From Candidatus Latescibacterota bacterium (GTDB taxonomy: Bacteria > Latescibacterota > UBA2968 > UBA8231): DNA of 64,000 bases. The position numbers and the translations under genes were made by a program. A model generated the notes under the pieces. It searched no databases. It had not been told where the DNA came from and saw only the letters and a program-made list of their open reading frames with translations. The first letter of the stretch is position 1; each line of letters starts with the position of its first letter. Shown piece after piece: positions 57,488 through 64,000 of this stretch. The stretch is taken from NCBI GenBank assembly GCA_965204725.1, contig OZ242005.1:1216001-1280000 (forward strand), read 5' to 3'.

Positions 57488-59836
57488 ATGGCGATGCGCT
57501 CGTTTTACGCGCTACTCTTGGGAATCGGAGCGGTATGGGCCGATGCGCTCCGCTTCGACAGCGCGGCCGCGTGGCGGACTTGGCAGATGCCCAATGATTT
57601 GGTGCAGATCGAGGCCGACGGCCGACTGCGGCTGACCAAGTTCCGCAAGGAGATCAACGCCGTGGCCAACGCCGGCGACTTTCGCCATCCAACGCAGGAG
57701 CGCGGCGAGGTGACCGGCGGGATCTGGGAGGCCAAGAGCAATCCGCAGATGGCAGATTTGATCGTCGATGGCGATGCGGCAACCTTCTGGCAACCCGACC
57801 TCGACGATGCGCTCGATCAGTGGTCGGTGCAGATAGATTTGGGGCGTCCGGTGCTGGCGCGCCAAATTCGCTTGCTCTTTCCCGACCGCGAGGGCGCGCG
57901 GCCCTTGCGGCAATTCAGCGTCTTTGTCGCCTCGGGTGCCCGCATCCAAGCGCTCAACGATGTATTCAAATTTGCAGCCGTCTATCGCACCTCCAGACCC
58001 AATAGCGCGACCGAACTGGTGATTCCCTTGGAGTATCTAAGAACCGACAGCACCTATGTCCTCGACGAGGGGCTGGTGCTCGATTTAGAGCGCGAGCAGC
58101 GCTTTCAAGTGATTCAGTATATCATCATCGAGATTGACGAACACACCCCGGGTGTGGGGCTAGCCGAGGTCGAGGTCTTGGCGGTGGGGGACAATGTGAG
58201 CTTGGGCACGGCGGGTCGCGGTGGCAGTTTTCTCGAAGGCGGTCGGACTACGGGCGCGGCGCTCATGTTCGACGGCGATATGGACAGCTTCGCGCTGTTG
58301 ACCAGCGCCGAGGGAGGATGGCTGGAAGCCGGCGTGTGGTGGCGAGTGGATTTAGGGGCGGTGTTTTTCCTCGACGAGTTGTTCATGTACTTCAGCCAGC
58401 TCGGCGAAGGGTTGCGCAGCCAAGTCCAAGGCGGCAATCCCTCGGCGGCTGGCGGTTTGTTTCTGGTGTCCGACGGCCGCCCGGCCGCTGGTTCGGGGTT
58501 GCCGGTCCCCGAGCGGACGGACTACGAGGTTCTGGTCGAAGATCGCTGTCGGCCCCAGTGCCTCGGCCGGCTCTTTCACCAGCGCTATCTGTTTGCTCCG
58601 CGCAAGGTTCGCTATCTACTTTGGCACGAAATTGACGGGACGCCGCCGGGGTTTGGTTGGGGCTTGGAGGCGATGCTTTTTTCTGCGGGTCATCCGGCCC
58701 AAGTGAACATGCGCTCGGACTTTATCGACTTGGCGGCGCAGGCGGGCACCGGCCGGCCCCAAGTGATCGAGCGGATTACATGGGAGGCCGACCTGCCGCC
58801 GCAGACCAAAATTCAACTGCGTTCGCGCTCGGGCAATTCCCTACAGGAAGTGTACACGTTCTTCGATCGCAAAGGCGACATCGTCACCGAGGAAAAGTGG
58901 AACAGCTTGCCCAAGGTCTTAAAAGGGACCATTGATACGACCTTGGTCGTTGGCGAAGATTGGGACGCTTGGAGCAATGTGTATCAGGCTTCGGGCGAGT
59001 CCTTCCAATCGGCGAGCCCGCGTCGCTTCGTGCAATTGGAGATGATTCTGACCACAGACGACCCGCAGGTGGCTCCGACTGTGGATGCGCTGGCCATAGA
59101 GTTTACCGACGCGCTCGTGCAGGCGGCGCGGGGGCAAATCTGGCCTCGGGAAGCCCGGCTCAATGAGGATACGCGCTTTACCTATACGCTGTGGCCGGGC
59201 ACCGACGGGCAGGACAGCGGTTTTGATCGCTTGCGCTTTCACATTCCCGGTGCGACTACGGGCCAAGTGGCCCTGCGGATCGGCGGCGAGGAGACTGCGC
59301 CCGAGGCGGTGCAGTGGCGCGGCGATTCGCTGTGGGTCTTGTTGCCGCGCCTCGTGGTCGCCGATTCGGTGGAAGTGGATTTTACAGCGCGGCTTTGGGA
59401 CAACGCCGCGCTGTTCGCGCTCGATCTGGGCTTGGGCGAGCGCCCGGGGATCTGGCAGTCCGTAGTACCGAGCGAGCGCCGGGCCAATATCGTGTTGTTG
59501 CCCGACCTGCCCAGCCGAGCGGCACTCGTCGGCGATGTGGAGATCGCGCCCGCGGCGTTTACGCCCAACGGCGATGGGGTGAACGACGCGGTGGAGATTA
59601 GCTTTATGGTATTCAAGGCCAAGGGCATCCAGCCACAGGTGCAGATTTTTGACGTCGCCGGTCGGTTGGTGGCCCAGCCCACGGGTAGCGAGGTTGCTGG
59701 GCGCTGGCACTTTCGCTGGTCGGGGCAAACTGGGGGCCGTCAGTTGGCGTTGCCGGGGATGTATCTTTGCCTCATTGACCCGGGGACGGCGAGCCGGGGC
59801 GAGGCAGTCTTGCGCCCCCTTGCTTTGGCCTATTAG
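57488..59836 (+). CDS. secreted paralog with discoidin-like segments and a C-terminal FlgD-Ig-like domain
   Basis: Signal peptide; VDGDAATFW, W-VDLG; FTPNGDGVND...IFDVAGR...WSG...PGMY. Confidence 0.78.
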   Translation: MAMRSFYALLLGIGAVWADALRFDSAAAWRTWQMPNDLVQIEADGRLRLTKFRKEINAVANAGDFRHPTQERGEVTGGIWEAKSNPQMADLIVDGDAATFWQPDLDDALDQWSVQIDLGRPVLARQIRLLFPDREGARPLRQFSVFVASGARIQALNDVFKFAAVYRTSRPNSATELVIPLEYLRTDSTYVLDEGLVLDLEREQRFQVIQYIIIEIDEHTPGVGLAEVEVLAVGDNVSLGTAGRGGSFLEGGRTTGAALMFDGDMDSFALLTSAEGGWLEAGVWWRVDLGAVFFLDELFMYFSQLGEGLRSQVQGGNPSAAGGLFLVSDGRPAAGSGLPVPERTDYEVLVEDRCRPQCLGRLFHQRYLFAPRKVRYLLWHEIDGTPPGFGWGLEAMLFSAGHPAQVNMRSDFIDLAAQAGTGRPQVIERITWEADLPPQTKIQLRSRSGNSLQEVYTFFDRKGDIVTEEKWNSLPKVLKGTIDTTLVVGEDWDAWSNVYQASGESFQSASPRRFVQLEMILTTDDPQVAPTVDALAIEFTDALVQAARGQIWPREARLNEDTRFTYTLWPGTDGQDSGFDRLRFHIPGATTGQVALRIGGEETAPEAVQWRGDSLWVLLPRLVVADSVEVDFTARLWDNAALFALDLGLGERPGIWQSVVPSERRANIVLLPDLPSRAALVGDVEIAPAAFTPNGDGVNDAVEISFMVFKAKGIQPQVQIFDVAGRLVAQPTGSEVAGRWHFRWSGQTGGRQLALPGMYLCLIDPGTASRGEAVLRPLALAY

Positions 59837-59868
59837 TTCCTCAACCCAAACAAGCAAAGGTAGATAGC

Positions 59869-60894
59869 ATGGCAGTTAAAACCTGTTTGATGATAGGGGC
59901 CAGCGGCATGGCTGGCGGTTGGATCGGACGGATGACCGAGCGTCTCGGCGACAGAATCCAGATCGTCGGGCTGGTGGATGTGAACGAGGAAGTTCTCGCG
60001 GCCCAAGGGACCAAGCTCGGCTTGGGGGATGAGCAACTCTTTGCCGATTACAAAGAGGCTTGCGCCGAGGTGCAGGCCGATTTCTGCGGCATTGCCACTC
60101 CGCCGCAATTCCACAGCCCGCAGGCCATGGCCGCGCTGGAAGCGGGGATGCCGGTTATTTGCGAGAAGCCGATTGCCGACACCTTAGCAGCGGCTAAGGC
60201 CATGGCCGCCAAGGCCGCGGAGACGGGGTTGCCGTGCTCGATTATTCAGAATTACCGCTACGCGCCCAACAAGCAGGAGGTGGTGCGGATTCGCGAGGAA
60301 GGGCGCTTGGGGCGGCTGCAACACATCGTTGGCCGCTACGCCTGCGACTATCGAGACTATTTATCGTGGGGCAAGGCTTGGCGACACGACATGGATTTCA
60401 GCTTGCTCTTTGAGGGCGCGGTGCATCACTTCGATATGATGCGCTTTTTATCCGGGGGAAATTGCGAGGTGTTTCAAGGGTTTGGGTGGAACCCGGCGTG
60501 GTCGAGTTTTAAGCACTATTCGAGCGGGTTTTATCTGATGCGGATGGACAATGGCGTGCATACGGCATACGAGGGGAACAGTTCGGCCGCCGGGATTACG
60601 AGTTGTTGGCAACGCGAGTACTATCGCCTAGAATTTGAGGAAGGGACGGTGGAGATCGGCGGGGGAGACGAGGTGCGAATTTATCGGGTGGGGCAGGAGG
60701 TGGAGGTGTATGCGGCGCCGGCTATGGAGTGGGCTGGGCACGACTATTTGTTCAAGGAGTTTGTGGATTGGCTGGAGGGAGGCGCGGCGTCGGCGACGCG
60801 GATTGAAGATAACTTGCAGAGCTTCGCGTTGGTGATTGCGGCGATGGAGACGACTGAGGATGGGGAGCCTAAGCGAATTGAGGCGTATCTATAG
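59869..60894 (+). CDS. Gfo/Idh/MocA family oxidoreductase
   Basis: IATPPQFH, VICEKP, QNYRY, HHFD. Confidence 0.9.
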   Translation: MAVKTCLMIGASGMAGGWIGRMTERLGDRIQIVGLVDVNEEVLAAQGTKLGLGDEQLFADYKEACAEVQADFCGIATPPQFHSPQAMAALEAGMPVICEKPIADTLAAAKAMAAKAAETGLPCSIIQNYRYAPNKQEVVRIREEGRLGRLQHIVGRYACDYRDYLSWGKAWRHDMDFSLLFEGAVHHFDMMRFLSGGNCEVFQGFGWNPAWSSFKHYSSGFYLMRMDNGVHTAYEGNSSAAGITSCWQREYYRLEFEEGTVEIGGGDEVRIYRVGQEVEVYAAPAMEWAGHDYLFKEFVDWLEGGAASATRIEDNLQSFALVIAAMETTEDGEPKRIEAYL

Positions 60895-60962
60895 GAAGGC
60901 TTGATGAAGATGTGCGATTGGCCACAAGAGGCACAAAAAGCACAAAGAGGGGTTTAGAGACA

Positions 60963-61016
60963 GTCCTTCCCGCGAACGGACGTCACCCCGTGCCCCGACA
61001 TGGGGCGAGAATCCAG
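60963..61016. repeat. degenerate, nested REP-like palindrome
   Basis: GTCCTTCCCGCGAA...GCGAGAATCCAG interrupted by CGTCACCCCGTGCCCCGACATGGGG; lies between convergent genes. Confidence 0.6.
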
Positions 61017-61053
61017 TCTTGAAGGGTGTAGGGTTGCTATATAAGTGCCTGTC

Positions 61054-61494
61054 CTAGGGGTCGTTGCCGCCGCGCAGCAGGAACATCCCCATTGCGCCGG
61101 TCAGCAGCGGCAGCGTGGCGTCGATGAGGATCCACACGAGGGAGATTGTATCCGCTCCTGCGGCGGTGAATGTGGGGCTGAACAGGATGAACCAGTTCCA
61201 AAAGAACAGGATGCCCACGAATAAGAAGCCGTAGAACTGGACGTTGGCGGCGACAAACTCGCACGTCACCTCAGCGCTGCCGCCCGCGCGATCGGCCGCT
61301 TTCTTGCGGCGGTAGCCGAATAGCATGCCCAACGCGATGGCCAACGCCATCAATGGGTCCAAGATCTCCCAAAGCGGGCTGTACGGCTGCCCTTGGGCGG
61401 AGACGTGATAGAGCGGTTCGACTATGGTGTGGACTGCGACCGCAATCGCCACCAAGACGAGAAATATGCCACTGAGTCGCTTGAGCGTATCCAT
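61054..61494 (-). CDS. hypothetical 4-TM membrane protein
   Basis: True start MDTLKRLSG after GAGGG; four hydrophobic segments. Confidence 0.75.
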   Translation of the reverse strand: MDTLKRLSGIFLVLVAIAVAVHTIVEPLYHVSAQGQPYSPLWEILDPLMALAIALGMLFGYRRKKAADRAGGSAEVTCEFVAANVQFYGFLFVGILFFWNWFILFSPTFTAAGADTISLVWILIDATLPLLTGAMGMFLLRGGNDP

Positions 61495-61517
61495 AATTCC
61501 CTCTTCTATAGATAGGA

Positions 61518-62402
61518 TTAAAATTTTGCCGGGGATGCAATCGGGACGGAGCGCATCTGCACGTTGACTTCGAGGCGGGTTTCTCCGCCGCCTTGGAGGA
61601 TGCCGCGCGTCGGCGACACGTCTCGATAGTCGCGCCCTACCGCGATGCACACCTTGCCCGGGCCGGTGAGGCTCTCGTTGGTCGGATCGAAGCCGATCCA
61701 GCCCAGCTCGGGCAGCCGGCATTCGACCCAAGCGTGCGTGGCGTTGTTTAGGGCCTGCTCGTCGGATTGCGCGGAGTGCAGGTAGCCCGAGACATAGCGG
61801 GCGGGGATGCCCCAAGAGCGCGCGATGGCGAGCATGAGGTGCGTGTAGTCTTGGCAGACCCCTCGACCCGTCTCGAGGATGTGCTCGACCGGGGATTCCG
61901 CCGAGGTGCTGCCCGGGATGTAGTGCAAGCAGTGGTGGAGCGTGTGCGACAGTTGCAGCAGGCTTTCGAGCGGGTCGTCCAGCGGCGCGATGCCATGCCG
62001 ATCGACAAACGCGGCCAGCGCGGGCGAGGGGCGCACTAGGGCGCTCGGGCGCGTAAAATCCCAATCGGTGAAGGAACTCCCGCGCGAGCAGAGTGCCTCC
62101 CAAGCCCCGGTGGGCAAGCGGCTTGGGAGCGGCGGCGTGGGCAGTGCCTCGACCGTAGAGCGGGTCGTGATCTCCAAAGTTTGGTGCGCTTGGTGGAGGT
62201 CGAGCAGATGGCGCACGTTGCCAAAACAATCCGTCTCGCGGTTTAGGGAGGCCGACGGTCGCGTCTCAATCTCAAAGTTGAGCAGCCGCTGCCCCCGGTT
62301 TTTGCGCGGCTCCAGACAGAGGAGCATCACGCACTGCTGTGCTGGGGCGGTGTAGCAGTAGCGAGAGGTGTGTTCGATCGCATAACGGACGGCTCCGGTC
62401 AT
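61518..62402 (-). CDS. transglutaminase-like protein (Bact_transglu_N + core)
   Basis: IEHTSRY, DCFGN, GVCQDYTH, PARYVSGY, THAWVE, GFDPTN, GRDYRDV. Confidence 0.92.
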   Translation of the reverse strand: MTGAVRYAIEHTSRYCYTAPAQQCVMLLCLEPRKNRGQRLLNFEIETRPSASLNRETDCFGNVRHLLDLHQAHQTLEITTRSTVEALPTPPLPSRLPTGAWEALCSRGSSFTDWDFTRPSALVRPSPALAAFVDRHGIAPLDDPLESLLQLSHTLHHCLHYIPGSTSAESPVEHILETGRGVCQDYTHLMLAIARSWGIPARYVSGYLHSAQSDEQALNNATHAWVECRLPELGWIGFDPTNESLTGPGKVCIAVGRDYRDVSPTRGILQGGGETRLEVNVQMRSVPIASPAKF

Positions 62403-62406
62403 GATG

Positions 62407-63375
62407 TCAGGATACCGGGGAGTCCTCAATGGCGTACGCGATGTACGCGGCGGTCGCGAGTTCGTGGAGCTTCCGGCAGTGCTCGCCCACCTGCACGAGG
62501 AGTGCTTCGTGGTCGCTCCGGTCCGGCCACTCGTAGCGGATCAGGGCGCACAGCCGGCCGGCGAGCCGCTCGGCCGCCGCCCCCGCCTGCGCGTTCGGGC
62601 TCGCGCCGATGGCCAACAGTTCCGCCGCCAGCGCGTCGAGTACGCGGCACAGCGAGCCGGGCAGCAGGGGATCGGTGACGAGCAGGTCCAGCACTTGGTC
62701 CGGCTGGATCTCGACGCTGTAGCTGCGTTTGTAGGCATCGAATGCTTGGCACGAACGCAACAGGCTCGTCCAATCCGTATCCGAGGTTTCGCCCTGTGCG
62801 CGACCGGCGGAAAGCTGAGCGAGGAGCAAGGCAACCCGTAGCTGGGCGCGTTCAATGAACCGTCCGAGCCGCATAAAACGCCAGCCTTCGTCGCGGTACA
62901 TGGTCGCTTCGGCCACCCCGGTGAAGGTGTTGATCTCCCGCGCGGTCTCCGCGTAGAAGTTTTCCGGGGATACCTTCCAGATATGCTCGATGTCGAGATC
63001 GCAGATCCGCAGCCAAGCCAAGTTCAGGCAGGTCCACATTTGGGCGCTGATGCAGTGGCGCACTTGGCGGGCGTTCTCCCGGCCGAGGGCAAAGCAATTT
63101 CGGACTGAATCGGGATTGTCGCGGTCAAAGGTGAGATCGCCGGCCAAGGTGTAGGAATCGGCGAGGACGTAATCGTCGCTTCCCTCGGACTCGAGGTCGC
63201 CCCCGGGCGGCTGCCGGCTCAGACCGGCGTAGAGCCGGCTCCAACCAAAGTAAATCTCAGAGAGCGGCCGGTCCACCAAAGCCTCCACCTGCAACTGAAG
63301 CAAGCGGCACAGGTGCTCTGTCCGCTCGAGGTAGCGGCCCAGCCAATAAAGGCTCTGTGCGCTGCGCGAGAGCAT
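62407..63375 (-). CDS. alpha-E domain protein
   Basis: MLSRSAQSLYWLGRYLER, RENARQVR, GWRFMRLGRFIERA. Confidence 0.92.
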   Translation of the reverse strand: MLSRSAQSLYWLGRYLERTEHLCRLLQLQVEALVDRPLSEIYFGWSRLYAGLSRQPPGGDLESEGSDDYVLADSYTLAGDLTFDRDNPDSVRNCFALGRENARQVRHCISAQMWTCLNLAWLRICDLDIEHIWKVSPENFYAETAREINTFTGVAEATMYRDEGWRFMRLGRFIERAQLRVALLLAQLSAGRAQGETSDTDWTSLLRSCQAFDAYKRSYSVEIQPDQVLDLLVTDPLLPGSLCRVLDALAAELLAIGASPNAQAGAAAERLAGRLCALIRYEWPDRSDHEALLVQVGEHCRKLHELATAAYIAYAIEDSPVS

Positions 63376-63379
63376 TGGT

Positions 63380-64000
63380 TCAGTCCTCCAGTACCCAAAG
63401 GTCCTTGCCGCCTCCACCTTGGCTGGAGTTGACGACCAAGCTGCCCCGGCGCAAGGCCACGCGGCAGAACCCCCCGGGCACGATGCGAGTCTGGCGGCAG
63501 TGGAGCACGAAGGGACGCAGATCGACGTGCCGCGGTTCAAAGCGGCCTTCAATCAGGCAGGGGGCGCGGGAGAGGGCTTGGACCGGCTGCGCGATGAAGT
63601 CGGCCGGGTCGGCGCGGACCTGCTCGGCGTACTCAGCGCGCTCTTGGGGCGTGGCGTGGGGGCCGATCAACATGCCGTAGCCCCCGGCCTCGCCCACGCG
63701 CTTGACCACCAAATGTTCTAGGTTGTCGAGGGTGTACTCTAGACCCTCTGGTCGGCGGCAGAGGTGGGTCTCGACATTGGGCAGAAGCGGCTCTTCCCCC
63801 AAATAATAGCGGATCATGTCGGGCACGTAGGCGTACACGCTCTTGTCGTCGGCGACTCCCGTGCCGGGCGCGTTGGCCAAGGCCACGTTGCCGAGCTTGT
63901 AGGCGTGTAGCAGCCCGGGCACCCCGAGCAGGGAGTCTGGGCGAAAGATGAGGGGGTCGAGGAAGTCGTCATCTACCCGGCGGTAGATCACATCGACGCG
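63380..64000 (-). CDS. circularly permuted type 2 ATP-grasp protein (3' part only)
   Basis: [51 protein letters not shown]. Confidence 0.93.
   Translation of the reverse strand, partial: RVDVIYRRVDDDFLDPLIFRPDSLLGVPGLLHAYKLGNVALANAPGTGVADDKSVYAYVPDMIRYYLGEEPLLPNVETHLCRRPEGLEYTLDNLEHLVVKRVGEAGGYGMLIGPHATPQERAEYAEQVRADPADFIAQPVQALSRAPCLIEGRFEPRHVDLRPFVLHCRQTRIVPGGFCRVALRRGSLVVNSSQGGGGKDLWVLED

Noticed and set aside
61495-62229. N-terminal extension of the 391-aa ORF
   Set aside because: Shadow frame of the transglutaminase gene; the RBS supports a start at 61494.
1-64000. CRISPR array, tRNA or rRNA genes
   Set aside because: No regularly spaced repeat-spacer units or recognisable structural RNA sequences were seen by eye.

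Overview
GC-rich bacterial chromosomal window with no rRNA, tRNA or CRISPR array that I can see. The backbone is catabolic and cell-surface genes: three PhyH-type dioxygenases, three Gfo/Idh/MocA oxidoreductases, a sulfatase, sulfotransferases, a DUF6785-type membrane protein, two FlgD-Ig proteins and an ankyrin lipoprotein. That mix resembles Ca. Latescibacterota or similar sponge symbionts (inference only). Lower-GC defence and toxin-antitoxin cassettes are spliced between backbone genes. Most have lost their toxic half: a PstI/BsuBI-type MTase-REase fusion ending before the nuclease domain, a PtuA ATPase with a PtuB HNH cut at 57 aa, a lone AAA ATPase, and orphan HicB, UPF0175 and RHH antitoxins. 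GmrSD, an HsdR_N-type nuclease and a RelE/XRE pair look intact. Other notable signals: a 92-bp palindromic element in two copies at cassette borders, with related palindromes and a GIY-YIG nuclease relic; a G26 tract that frameshifts a membrane glycosyltransferase; a strongly strand-skewed ankyrin island; an SBP-HAMP-MFS operon with no kinase or ABC ATPase; a split CDP-alcohol surface-modification pathway; and apparent depletion of CCWGG and CTGCAG. All calls come from motif recognition by eye. No database searches were run.
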